From Candidatus Moraniibacteriota bacterium (GTDB taxonomy: Bacteria > Patescibacteriota > Minisyncoccia > Moranbacterales > GCA-2747515): a DNA stretch of 64,000 bases. Positions within the stretch are counted from its first letter, which is position 1. Each line of letters starts with the position of its first letter. Positions 1-9,727 of this stretch are shown piece after piece. The stretch covers positions 577,734-641,733 of the forward strand of contig CP175956.1 in assembly GCA_046116545.1 (NCBI GenBank), read 5' to 3'. The notes below the pieces were generated by a model. That model worked only from the letters and a program-made list of their open reading frames with translations, made no database searches and was not told the DNA's origin. The position numbers and the translations under genes were made by a program.

Positions 1-507
1 CTTATTCTTTTTGCTATAATAATTGGGGGATTTTTTGTATTTTATGAAAAAAATAATTTAAATGATGGAATAGTAGTAGAAGCAGATAACGTGCCGTATC
101 AGGAATATAATAACAAATCACAAATAGCAGATATAAACAAAAGTAATACAAATATTTTAACAATAAATGAATCAGAAGAAATAATAAAATCATTTTTTCT
201 TTTTTTAGAAGAGCAAAATGGACTTCACGGTGATCCAGAATATTATAAAAACCTAGACTTATATATAGATGTTGATAAAAAAACAGATGATAATCTTAAA
301 GGAATGATTAAAATTAGTAACGTTGAACGACATAGTACCCCGTATTTTTTGGCTACAAAAATTGATGATGAATGGAAGTTTATTTTTCAAGGACAAGATA
401 TGCCAAGTTGTGATTTAGTGGATAAATATAACATTCCAACAAAATTATTTTGGCCAAATACAGATAATGCTTGTTTTATAACAAAAACAGAAGTTAGAAG
501 ACATTAA
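1..507 (+). CDS. Membrane-anchored hypothetical protein, 5'-truncated by the window edge
   Basis: Frame 1 is open from base 1 (LILFAIIIGGFFVFY, hydrophobic anchor) through the listed 91..507 ORF. Confidence 0.7.
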   Translation, partial: LILFAIIIGGFFVFYEKNNLNDGIVVEADNVPYQEYNNKSQIADINKSNTNILTINESEEIIKSFFLFLEEQNGLHGDPEYYKNLDLYIDVDKKTDDNLKGMIKISNVERHSTPYFLATKIDDEWKFIFQGQDMPSCDLVDKYNIPTKLFWPNTDNACFITKTEVRRH

Positions 508-568
508 AGGGGGTGTTTTTATGAGTTAGTGAGATGAAATAAAAGCTTTTAGAGTAGATGTTTCACCA

Positions 569-662
569 CAAAAAGTTCGAACGTCATTACCTACTCGGCT
601 CATCGATAAAAAGCCCCATTTAATGGGGCTTTTTGAGTACCCACTATGACAGGATCGAACTA
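569..662. repeat. Array-A repeat copy 1 (about 94 bp; GTTCGAAC arm, central hairpin, GATCGAAC arm)
   Basis: AAAAGTTCGAACGTCATTACCTACTCGGCTCATCGATAAAAAGCCCCATTTAATGGGGCTTTTTGAGTACCCACTATGACAGGATCGAACTA, recurring at 3128, 7461, 9728 and in part at 12042 and 13329. Confidence 0.95.
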
Positions 663-769
663 TTTTGAATTTTGATTGACTTTTTGTATATTTTATGCTA
701 ATATTTAACGTTAGTATTTTTAACAAAAGAATATAAATTTTTCAAGAATTTCATATACGGAGGAGTAAA

Positions 770-3013
770 ATGATTGAATTATATCCAGAATATCAGGCAC
801 CAGCCTTTAAAAAGCTGGTTAAGCATTTTGTAAAGAATGTAGTTGGTCTTATGGTTATGGCAACAGGTCTAGGAAAGACAATTGTTGCTGCATTTTGGGC
901 TAAACGTGAATACAAAAAAGGTCGAAAGGGACTTTTCTTGTGTCACGATACAGGCATTCTTGATCAAGCAATGGATGAGTTTCAAAAAGTATTTGGGAGA
1001 AAAGTATCTCTTAAAACATTTTTTGGAAGTGATAAAGATTGGGATGCTGATAAAGGCGATATCGTTTTTGCAACATTTCAAACTTTACGTGAATCAAATC
1101 CATTTTTTAAAGATGAATTTGATTTTATTATTGTTGATGAGTCACATCATGCTCAGGCAGATACGTACAAAAAAGTGATTGAATATTTCAATCCAAAAAA
1201 ACTCTTAGGTATTACTGCTACTCCCAATAGGGAAGATGAACAGGATATTAGAGAGATATTTGGTGATGAAGTTGTAAACATCCCTTTGGAAGAAGCAATG
1301 GCTAAAGGGTGGTTGTCACAAGTTGAATATCACATTCTCAATGACAATTTAAGTCATTGGAAACTTAAAAAGATTGTTAAAGAGGTGCTTGAAGAGGGAA
1401 GAAGAATCTCTCGGAAACAACTTAATGAAACAATTTTTGTTAAAGCTCGTGATGAAGTAACTGCTCAGACGATTCAGGAATATGCAATTGGTAACAAAAA
1501 GGCGATAATCTTTTGCGAGAGTATCCCTCACGCAGATAACTTTCAAAAGTTTTTACCAAATGCACAAGTGTATCATTCAGAGAAATCAGAAAAGTACAAT
1601 CATAAAGTACTTCAAGATTTCAGAGAAGGTAATATCCAATATATCCTTACAATCAATAAGATGAATGAGGGTATTCATGTTTCTGATGCTGAGATTATCG
1701 TATTTCTTAGATGTACAGATTCAAAAACAATATTTTTTCAACAATTGGGCAGAGGATTAGAGAAACCTTTGAACAAGAAAAAAGTTATCGTTTTAGACTT
1801 TGTCGCAAATTGCGATAGAGTTGCAATGATTAAGGAGTTTTCACGAGAGATTAAGAAACGTGCAGGAAACAACTTTGAACTTACGAAGGATGTCCTTCAC
1901 GTTACTGGTAAAGCTTTTGATTTCATCTTTAATGATGAGCAAATTGATATTTTGGAGGTGATAAGAAAGATAACGACCAAAATTTATGTTTCAGATATTC
2001 CGCACTTACTTGCTGAGTATTCACTAAAGAATGATTTACTAGCAGATCAAGTGATTGCTGGTACGAATAAAAAACTTTGGTGGGTATGCTCTGCGTGTAA
2101 GTATGAATGGCAAGCACCTGGGAATAACCGTGTTACAGGAATCGGTTGCCCAGCATGTTCTGGTAGAGTTGCTACCAGAACCAATAATATTACCGTTACT
2201 CATCCTGAACTTACAAAAGAATATTCATCAGAGAATGAGTTGCTTGCGGATCAAATAAAATCTGGATCAAGTAAGAAGGTTTCGTGGATTTGTTCGAAAT
2301 GTGAACATGAATGGCAAGCAGTAGTGAATAGTCGAACTAGTGGCTGTGGTTGCCCATCTTGTAGAGGGATGGTTGTTACAAAAGCAAACAATCTTGCAGT
2401 TACCCATCCTGATCTTGCAAAGGAATATTCACCAAAAAATAAGTTACCAGCAAATCAGGTAATTGCTGGTACTGGTAAAAAGCTTTGGTGGATTTGTTCG
2501 AAATGCGAACATGAATGGCAGACAACAGGAGATAGTCGTAGTAAGCAGGGAACAGGTTGTTTAGCGTGTTTAAGAAGAATAGCTACAAAAGCAAACAATC
2601 TTGCAGTTACACATCCTGATCTTGCAAAGGAGTATTCATCAAAAAATAAATCATCAGCTGATCATGTAATTTCTGGATCACACGCAAAGCTTTGGTGGAT
2701 TTGTTCGAAATGTGAACATGAATGGCAAGCACCCGTAAGGAGACGTGCGGGAGGATCTGGTTGTCCTGCTTGTGCTAATCAAGTTGTAACAGATAAAAAC
2801 AATCTTACGGTCACCCATCCTAATCTTGCAAAGGAATATTCACCAAAAAATAAGTTACCAGCAAATCAGGTAATTGCTGGCACTGGTAAAAAGCTTTGGT
2901 GGATTTGTTCGAAATGCGAACATGAATGGCAAGCGACTGGAGCAAATCGAAGAACTGGTAGAGGATGTCCAGAATGTAAACGATGCAATAGCAGAAAAAA
3001 GAAGAAATCTTGA
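770..3013 (+). CDS. SF2 (DEAD/DEAH, ResIII-like) helicase/ATPase fused to five tandem zinc-ribbon (DUF4379-like) repeats
   Basis: MATGLGKT, VDESHH, GITATP, QQLGRGL motifs; five WWxCxxCxHEW...GCPxC repeats of about 68 aa; GGAGGAG RBS. Confidence 0.9.
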   Translation: MIELYPEYQAPAFKKLVKHFVKNVVGLMVMATGLGKTIVAAFWAKREYKKGRKGLFLCHDTGILDQAMDEFQKVFGRKVSLKTFFGSDKDWDADKGDIVFATFQTLRESNPFFKDEFDFIIVDESHHAQADTYKKVIEYFNPKKLLGITATPNREDEQDIREIFGDEVVNIPLEEAMAKGWLSQVEYHILNDNLSHWKLKKIVKEVLEEGRRISRKQLNETIFVKARDEVTAQTIQEYAIGNKKAIIFCESIPHADNFQKFLPNAQVYHSEKSEKYNHKVLQDFREGNIQYILTINKMNEGIHVSDAEIIVFLRCTDSKTIFFQQLGRGLEKPLNKKKVIVLDFVANCDRVAMIKEFSREIKKRAGNNFELTKDVLHVTGKAFDFIFNDEQIDILEVIRKITTKIYVSDIPHLLAEYSLKNDLLADQVIAGTNKKLWWVCSACKYEWQAPGNNRVTGIGCPACSGRVATRTNNITVTHPELTKEYSSENELLADQIKSGSSKKVSWICSKCEHEWQAVVNSRTSGCGCPSCRGMVVTKANNLAVTHPDLAKEYSPKNKLPANQVIAGTGKKLWWICSKCEHEWQTTGDSRSKQGTGCLACLRRIATKANNLAVTHPDLAKEYSSKNKSSADHVISGSHAKLWWICSKCEHEWQAPVRRRAGGSGCPACANQVVTDKNNLTVTHPNLAKEYSPKNKLPANQVIAGTGKKLWWICSKCEHEWQATGANRRTGRGCPECKRCNSRKKKKS

Positions 3014-3030
3014 AAAGGAGGAACATAAAG

Positions 3031-3068
3031 CCTCACCAATCATAACAATGATTGGTGAGGTTTTTTTT
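3031..3068 (+). terminator. Intrinsic terminator after helicase
   Basis: CCTCACCAATCAT/ATGATTGGTGAGG stem followed by T8. Confidence 0.85.
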
Positions 3069-3127
3069 ATTATATTTTAAGTGATTTTGTAGCAATAATG
3101 TAAGCTTTTAGCGAAGAATGAGCAATG

Positions 3128-3220
3128 CAAAAAGTTCGAACGTCATTACCTACTCGGCTCATCGATAAAGAGCTCCATTTAATGGAGTTTTTGTATGTTC
3201 CGCTATGGTATGGTTGAACT
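3128..3220. repeat. Array-A repeat copy 2
   Basis: Left arm identical to copy 1; hairpin variant AGCTCCATTTAATGGAGTT keeps pairing; diverged right arm. Confidence 0.93.
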
Positions 3221-3230
3221 TTGAATTTGA

Positions 3231-3611
3231 TCACATTTTTAAATCAGTTGGTTTTACGTTGCAGTTTCTTTTTTTGTAATCTTTTATTAGTTGGGAGATG
3301 TGTTTTTTCATTTTTTTTAAAGTGATAATTTTTTCTTCAATGTCTTCTAAGTTGTTTTCTAGATAAGGCAGTAAGGATTGATGCTTGCACTTTGATGTAT
3401 TTAATTGTGTTGCCATTTCTTTTATCTCATTTAGAGAAAACCCGATTTTTTTTGCTTTCTTAATAAATAAGATAGCCTCTACATCAGCAGTGGAATAAAT
3501 TTTATAATTATTTGTACTATTTATAGTAGGCTTAACTAAATCGAGGTCGTTGTAGTGGCGAAGAGCGTCTTTGGTTATGTTCGTTTTTTGGAGCAAATCT
3601 TTTGTATACAT
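3231..3611 (-). CDS. MerR-family metal-responsive transcriptional regulator
   Basis: ALRHY, FIKKAKKIGFSLNEIK MerR signature; divergent from metal efflux genes. Confidence 0.9.
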   Translation of the reverse strand: MYTKDLLQKTNITKDALRHYNDLDLVKPTINSTNNYKIYSTADVEAILFIKKAKKIGFSLNEIKEMATQLNTSKCKHQSLLPYLENNLEDIEEKIITLKKMKKHISQLIKDYKKRNCNVKPTDLKM

Positions 3612-3617
3612 AAATAC

Positions 3618-3649
3618 TTGACAGTGGGGTTAACCCCATGGTTTATAAT
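3618..3649 (+). promoter_or_regulatory. MerR-type promoter/operator
   Basis: TTGACA-N20-TATAAT with perfect 14-bp dyad TGGGGTTAACCCCA (3625-3638) in the elongated spacer. Confidence 0.9.
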
Positions 3650-3678
3650 GAAGTTAGTTTAGCATAATTATAAATAAT

Positions 3679-5049
3679 ATGACAGCAAAAAAGAATAAGT
3701 CACAAGAAAGAAAATTTTATATTAGTGGAATGCATTGTGCTTCTTGTAAAGGAATTGTAGAAGATCGTCTTCAAGAACAAAAAGAAGTACAAAGTGCAGA
3801 TGTTGATTTGAAAAAGGGAACAGTTGAAATTGTGTTTGAAAGTAGAGTATTAGAAGTAGATGAAATTACAAAAAAGTTTGAGGATGTAGGGTATTTTTTT
3901 TCAGAGCAACCTTTTAAGAAAAAAGCATATAAAAAGGTTGGGTTGGTCTTGCTTGTGGCTTTGATGGTAAGCTTTGTATTGATACAAAATGAACAGTTCA
4001 TGTTGTTTAGTGGAACAAATGTTGATGAAAATTCATCATTGATGGCATTTGTTGTGTTGGGGATAGTGGCTAGTTTATCTAGTTGTGTAGCCTTGGTGGG
4101 AGGAATCTTATTAGCTATGACAAAAAGTTGGACAAAGACAGTAGGCAAAGAAGCTTCACTTTCAAAAAAAATGGAACCACATATGAAATTTCATATTGGA
4201 AGGTTGGTGGCTTATTTTATAGGTGGTGGAATTTTGGGCTCTATCGGAAGTTTTATAACATTTGATAATCCAAGTGTGTATGCAGTACTTACTGCTTTAG
4301 TTGCAATTATAATGTTGTTGGTAGGATTGCAAATGTTAGGTGTAAAATGGGTTTTGAGAATGTATGTTTTTGCGTATGACAATACACTGAAAAAAATTCA
4401 TATTAATGATAACGTGAAAAATAAATCACCCTTTATTGCAGGTGCGGCAACATTTTTTATTCCTTGTGGATTTACCTTGATTGCACAAGGAGTGGCATTG
4501 ACTGCGGGCAGTTTTATGTCAGGAGCCGCAATTATGTCAGCATTTGCAATTGGAACATTACCAGTATTAATAGGTGTGAGCTTAGGAGGTGCTACTATGA
4601 TTGGCAAAAAAGGATTTGAAGTAATTTTTAATACTATAATAGGAACGATTATAATAATATTTGCAATTTATATATTAAATGGTCAATTTAATGTTTTGGG
4701 ATTACCTAGCTTAAATGATATTAGCTTTGAAAAAACAGGAGCTGTTGAGCAAATTGAAAATAGTAAAACTAACCAAAAGAATACTCAGGAGTTAAATATT
4801 GTAGCAGATGGTTTTGAATATGTAGTTTTGGGATCAAAAATACTGAAGGCAGGCGTGCCAACAACCATTATTGTGGATAATCAGGGTATTGTGGGATGTG
4901 GTGTTTTTATGGCAGCTAGAGGTTTGTTTGAGGGCATGATTGAATTAAAGCCAGGCATTAATAAAAAAGAATTTATACCAGAGGCGGGAACGTATAAATT
5001 AACATGTACTATGGGAATGGTTGCACCAGTTACAATTATTGTTAAATAA
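3679..5049 (+). CDS. Heavy-metal-associated (HMA) + DsbD/TauE-like membrane + cupredoxin-like protein
   Basis: GMHCASC N-terminus, multiple TM segments with IPCG, C-terminal CTMGM. Confidence 0.85.
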   Translation: MTAKKNKSQERKFYISGMHCASCKGIVEDRLQEQKEVQSADVDLKKGTVEIVFESRVLEVDEITKKFEDVGYFFSEQPFKKKAYKKVGLVLLVALMVSFVLIQNEQFMLFSGTNVDENSSLMAFVVLGIVASLSSCVALVGGILLAMTKSWTKTVGKEASLSKKMEPHMKFHIGRLVAYFIGGGILGSIGSFITFDNPSVYAVLTALVAIIMLLVGLQMLGVKWVLRMYVFAYDNTLKKIHINDNVKNKSPFIAGAATFFIPCGFTLIAQGVALTAGSFMSGAAIMSAFAIGTLPVLIGVSLGGATMIGKKGFEVIFNTIIGTIIIIFAIYILNGQFNVLGLPSLNDISFEKTGAVEQIENSKTNQKNTQELNIVADGFEYVVLGSKILKAGVPTTIIVDNQGIVGCGVFMAARGLFEGMIELKPGINKKEFIPEAGTYKLTCTMGMVAPVTIIVK

Positions 5050-5056
5050 TAAAATT

Positions 5057-7345
5057 ATGATTACACAAAAATATTATGTTTCAGGAATGCATTGTGCTTC
5101 TTGTAAGGTGAATATAGAAAATGAGTTAAAGAAAAATGAATTAATTGAGGAAGCTTCCGTGAATTATAGTGCTGAAACAATGCAAGTTACATTTAATGAA
5201 AAAGAATTAAGTGATGGTGATATTCAAAAATTAGTTAGAGGCATTGGTGATTATGATACGCGTCCAGATAATGATGGGGGGCGAAGTAAACATCAGAAAG
5301 AGAAAAATGAAAATTTAAGTAAGATGAAGCGAAATTTAATATATGTATCAATTGCTGCAGCACCTTTTATCATGAGTATGGCATTCATGCTAATAAATGG
5401 AATATTTGATTTAAATATTTTGGGTGGTTTTTCAACAAGGTTAGATAGTATAATGCTTTTTGGAATATCAGTTGTGAGTATAGCTCAAATTGTATTAGCT
5501 GGATTTGTTCTGTTTGTTGGCGGAAGATTATTTTTTGTTAATGCATTTGCAGCGATAAAAAAAGGTTCAAGTAATATGGATACATTGGTAGTGCTAGGTG
5601 CAACTACTGCTTGGATTTATTCTACGATTGTTACGATATTTTTTGCAGGCAGTGAACAGGAGTTTGTTGTGTTTTTTGAGGCATCTGTGTTTATTATATT
5701 TTTTATTTTAGTAGGTAGATATTTTGAAGAAAAAGCTAGGACAGCGACACAAAAAAGTGTGGAAAGTTTATATGCAATACAATCAAAAGTAGCTGTTGTT
5801 TTGCGGGATTTGAAAAAGGTAGAGATTGCAATTAAGAACGTTGTAAAAAAAGACAATGTTGTCGTTATGCCGGGACAAAAAATTCCTGTAGATGGAGTTA
5901 TAATTGAAGGTAAAACAGCAATTGATGAGTCAATGATCTCTGGAGAAGCTTTTCCGGTGGATAAAAAAGAAGGTGATGCTGTCATAGGTGGCACACTTAA
6001 TACAACGGGTTATATTGTTTTTGAAGCAACTAAGGTTGGTAAGGATACAATGCTTTCACAAATTATTAAAATGGTTGAAGAAGCTCAGGGGAGTAGTGTG
6101 CCAATTCAAAAACTTGCAGACAAAATTTCAAGTATTTTTGTACCCATTGTAATAATTATTGCTGTAGGCACATTTATCTTTTGGTATTTTGTTGCGCCAA
6201 ATATGAACTTGATAGAGGCTTCACAAGCATTGCCATTTGCGGTATATGTGACAATTTCTGTTTTGGTCATAGCATGTCCATGTGCGCTTGGACTTGCAAC
6301 GCCAACTGCGATAATTGTATCGGTAGGACATGCAGCCAGAAAGGGAATTTTAATTAAAAATGCACAAATTATTGAAAATGCATTCAAGATTAAAAATATA
6401 GTTTTTGATAAAACAGGAACAATTACGCAAGGTAAACCAGCTGTAACAGATTCTGTTTATTTTGACGATGAAAAAAAATACGCAAATTATGTGTATGCTT
6501 TGGAAAATAAAACAGAGCATCCTGTGGCTAAGGCGATAATAAATTTTTTGGAAGTTAGTGAAAATAATTTAAGTGAAGAAAAGGTTGAGGATTTTCATAA
6601 TTTAGAAGGCGTAGGCGTGAGAGGTATTATTGACGGAGAAAAAGTCATGATGGTGAAAATGAGTTCTGTTAAAGAATATGCAAAACTGACTTTGGAACAA
6701 AAAAATGTTACAAACAGTTTTCTTGAAAAAAAATATACAATATCAGTGTTTATAGTTGGAGATTCAATAAAGGCAATTTTTGCAGTAACAGATCCAATAA
6801 AAGAAACTAGTTACAAGGCAATTAGTGCATTGAAAGAAAAAGGAATTAAAACAACTATGGTAACAGGTGATAATGAGAATATTGCACAGTGGGTTGCTTC
6901 TAGTGTTGGAATAGATAATGTAGTAAGTGATGCAGTGCCGCTAGACAAAGATAGAATCGTGCAAAAAATTAAAAAGGAATCAAAAGAAGGTGAATTAATT
7001 GCAGTTGCGGGTGATGGTGTGAATGATGCACCAGCGCTGGCTAGAGCTGATATTGGAATTGCGATGGGTACAGGTTCAGACGTTGCGATTGAATCAGGAG
7101 ATATTGTAATTGTTAAGGGATCATTGCAAAAGATTGTTGATGCAATAAATTTATCTAAAAAAACAATGCACATAATAAAACAAAATCTTTTTTGGGCGTT
7201 TGGATATAATGTTCTAGCTATTCCGATTGCAATGGGGTTCTTGTATCCATTTTTTGGTGTAGTTTTGTCACCGACTATTGCAAGCGCTGCAATGGCACTT
7301 AGTTCCATAAGCGTTGTTTTAAATAGTTTGCGTTTGAGGCGATAA
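5057..7345 (+). CDS. copA: Copper-translocating P1B-type ATPase
   Basis: GMHCASC, CPC, DKTGT, EHP, GDGVND, YN, MALSS motifs; ATG at 5057 preferred over 5021. Confidence 0.92.
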   Translation: MITQKYYVSGMHCASCKVNIENELKKNELIEEASVNYSAETMQVTFNEKELSDGDIQKLVRGIGDYDTRPDNDGGRSKHQKEKNENLSKMKRNLIYVSIAAAPFIMSMAFMLINGIFDLNILGGFSTRLDSIMLFGISVVSIAQIVLAGFVLFVGGRLFFVNAFAAIKKGSSNMDTLVVLGATTAWIYSTIVTIFFAGSEQEFVVFFEASVFIIFFILVGRYFEEKARTATQKSVESLYAIQSKVAVVLRDLKKVEIAIKNVVKKDNVVVMPGQKIPVDGVIIEGKTAIDESMISGEAFPVDKKEGDAVIGGTLNTTGYIVFEATKVGKDTMLSQIIKMVEEAQGSSVPIQKLADKISSIFVPIVIIIAVGTFIFWYFVAPNMNLIEASQALPFAVYVTISVLVIACPCALGLATPTAIIVSVGHAARKGILIKNAQIIENAFKIKNIVFDKTGTITQGKPAVTDSVYFDDEKKYANYVYALENKTEHPVAKAIINFLEVSENNLSEEKVEDFHNLEGVGVRGIIDGEKVMMVKMSSVKEYAKLTLEQKNVTNSFLEKKYTISVFIVGDSIKAIFAVTDPIKETSYKAISALKEKGIKTTMVTGDNENIAQWVASSVGIDNVVSDAVPLDKDRIVQKIKKESKEGELIAVAGDGVNDAPALARADIGIAMGTGSDVAIESGDIVIVKGSLQKIVDAINLSKKTMHIIKQNLFWAFGYNVLAIPIAMGFLYPFFGVVLSPTIASAAMALSSISVVLNSLRLRR

Positions 7346-7460
7346 ATTTTAAATTATGTAAATTTAAGTTTTTTCTGTTAACAATATTGCATATGTGTTA
7401 ATGACATCATTTACTATTATTTTGTAAAACTAAAGGTTTTCAGTGAAGAACTAGTGGTAT

Positions 7461-7553
7461 AAAAAGTTCGAATGTCAGTAACTATTCAGCTCATCGATAA
7501 AAAGCCCCATTTAAGGGGGCTTTTTGAGTACCCACTATGCAAGGATCAAACTA
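7461..7553. repeat. Array-A repeat copy 3
   Basis: AAAAAGTTCGAATGTCAGTAACTATTCAGCTCATCGATAAAAAGCCCC...GGATCAAACTA. Confidence 0.93.
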
Positions 7554-7662
7554 TTTTGTATTTCGATTGACTTTTTATGTATTTTATGCTAATATTTAAT
7601 GTTTGTTGACTTAATAATTGAAGATAATAAAATACGTTTCTCATAAAAGGGAAGGAGATAAT

Positions 7663-9618
7663 ATGAGTATTTCTAATTTTTGTAAATCTGTTGCAAAACT
7701 TCTTGAAACTCATTTAGAGTTTTCAAAAAGTAGTTTGCGTAGTGTACAGGTAGGCGGTTTTGAAAAGCTTATCAATTTTATCAATTCTGGTAAATTGAGT
7801 GGCTTAGTAAAACATCCTACAGGTGCAGGCAAAACTCGTTTTTTTTGCGAAGTTTTGTCAGCACTTAATATGCCTTCGCTCATTCTTGTACCAAGAACGA
7901 ACCTTGTAGCTGATACAAAGGAATCACTTGTTGGTAACGAGATGAGAGATGTAGAAGGTGTGGGTTATTTGGAAGAAGATATATTTCTTTTGAGTGATGA
8001 ATTTGGAAAAGCAGCCATTGCTTTAAAAAGCATTTTTGATAATATCATTAAAATGCAGGATTTTGGAGGAGTTGTCATCATGTCATATCAGTCGTTTTTG
8101 AGTATTTCAAAGCATGATATGTATACTCTTGATGATTTTATGAAACTCATCAAGGTAGTCATATCTGATGAAGCTCATAGAGGACTTGGAGATGAAACGC
8201 AAGAGGTTATCAAGCAATACAATGATGACATCATTGGAGATGGTGTTGATCGAGTGCATTTGCACATGACAGCAACTCCACAATTGGGTCATAAAAATGT
8301 ATGTGACATATATGATATTGAAGTGATAGATTGGGTACGTGTACAAGATTCTGTTGAAGATGGAATCCTTATCATGCCACAATTTCGTCATTTTGGTACA
8401 GCCACATACAAAACTACTGATGATATTAAATTTTCTGACAAGTTCTTTGAAAGTCTTGCAGAAAGTGAGAAGTTCGTCATGGATAATGGCCAATCTGTAA
8501 CTGAGGCAGCTATAGATGAATACATTATGTTAAAAGAAAAGCATGATGGATATTTACCTGGAGTTGTATTTTGTGGAACTATTGCTCATGCAGAGGCCAC
8601 TAAACAATATTTACTGTCACGAGGACTAAGGGCAATTCGCTCTACAAGTTCTAATAAACAGTATGATTGTGGCGTAAATCCTGACAGAGCAAGAGAGATG
8701 TTTCACAGCGAAGAAATCGATCTTGTAGTTACAGTAAGTAAGGTTGGAGAAGGTTGGGATGTGCCAACACTTCGCTGTGCCATTTGGCTTAGGCCAGTAG
8801 GTTCATCTGCAGTATATCTTCAAGGTACAGGTCGTGTGATGCGAACACTTCTTGATAATACCGTACATGCATTTAAGGATCGTTCAAATACTTATGTGAT
8901 TGAACCACTTTGGGAACTTGTACGTGTAAGTAGTGTAACAGAAGACAAAAAAGAAGATGAACATGAAAAAGAAATCGTAGAGAATGATTTAGCTGATACT
9001 GATTCTGATGCACAAACAACTGTATATCCGTCAAGAAATGGATATGAACATTTTGTTACAGCAGATGAATTTGATGTTGAAGCGCTACGTTCAATTGTTG
9101 GAGGAGATGCGCGTATTCATATGGATATTGATTTTCATAATGATGAGCATCTTCGAATCCTGATTGGTAGTGTAGACAAGCTTATTGTTAAAGGTAAGGG
9201 TGTGAATTTAGTAAAAGTGACTTTCATTAATACTGAACAAGATTGGAAAGTAACAGGTCGTGTTATTGGCAGAGTTTTGTGGAATAACTCAAGTCCAAAA
9301 ATTTATGATGCAGAAAAACTGGCTAAACAGTTATGGCCAGAGGAAGTTGAGAATTTGTTACCAAAGGAAAGATTTAATCCTAAGGATGATAATCACCTTC
9401 GAATACTAATAGGAAATGTAGATAATCTTATTGTTAATGGTAAGGGTGTGAGTTTAGTAAAAGCAACTTTCATTAATGCTGAACGAGGTTGGAAAGTAAC
9501 AGGTGGTGTTATTGGTAATGCTTTGTGGAAAAAGAAAAGTCCAAATATAGCTGATGCAGAAAAACTGGCTAAACAACTTTGGCTTGAAGAGGCTGAGAAG
9601 TTGTTGGACAAAAAATAA
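7663..9618 (+). CDS. SF2 (DEAH) helicase/ATPase with two C-terminal repeats of about 79 aa
   Basis: PTGAGKT, DEAH, MTATP, GEGWD, QGTGRVMR; duplicated HLRILIGxVDxLIVxGKGV...AEKLAKQLW; AAGGAG RBS before ATG 7663. Confidence 0.88.
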   Translation: MSISNFCKSVAKLLETHLEFSKSSLRSVQVGGFEKLINFINSGKLSGLVKHPTGAGKTRFFCEVLSALNMPSLILVPRTNLVADTKESLVGNEMRDVEGVGYLEEDIFLLSDEFGKAAIALKSIFDNIIKMQDFGGVVIMSYQSFLSISKHDMYTLDDFMKLIKVVISDEAHRGLGDETQEVIKQYNDDIIGDGVDRVHLHMTATPQLGHKNVCDIYDIEVIDWVRVQDSVEDGILIMPQFRHFGTATYKTTDDIKFSDKFFESLAESEKFVMDNGQSVTEAAIDEYIMLKEKHDGYLPGVVFCGTIAHAEATKQYLLSRGLRAIRSTSSNKQYDCGVNPDRAREMFHSEEIDLVVTVSKVGEGWDVPTLRCAIWLRPVGSSAVYLQGTGRVMRTLLDNTVHAFKDRSNTYVIEPLWELVRVSSVTEDKKEDEHEKEIVENDLADTDSDAQTTVYPSRNGYEHFVTADEFDVEALRSIVGGDARIHMDIDFHNDEHLRILIGSVDKLIVKGKGVNLVKVTFINTEQDWKVTGRVIGRVLWNNSSPKIYDAEKLAKQLWPEEVENLLPKERFNPKDDNHLRILIGNVDNLIVNGKGVSLVKATFINAERGWKVTGGVIGNALWKKKSPNIADAEKLAKQLWLEEAEKLLDKK

Positions 9619-9636
9619 AGGAGGAACATAAACTCA

Positions 9637-9670
9637 AAAGCCATTACAGGAATAACTGTAATGGCTTTTT
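9637..9670 (+). terminator. Intrinsic terminator
   Basis: AAAGCCATTACAG/CTGTAATGGCTTT stem plus T tract. Confidence 0.8.
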
Positions 9671-9727
9671 CATATTTTGAGTGATCTTGGAGTAATAATG
9701 TAGGCTTTTAGGGAAGAATGGGCAATA

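Noticed and set aside
569-662. Repeats as tRNA genes or tRNA 3' remnants (GTTCGA resembles a T-loop)
   Set aside because: No T-stem pairing around GTTCGA, no cloverleaf or acceptor stem on either strand.
526-726. 66-aa minus-strand ORF as a normal gene
   Set aside because: It runs through the repeat hairpin and promoter; only the last 25 codons or so show conservation, treated under findings.
2280-2935. TGTTCGAAATG(C/T)GAACA dyads in the zinc-ribbon repeats as further recombination sites
   Set aside because: Explained by codons for CSKCEH; the flanks do not match the array repeats.
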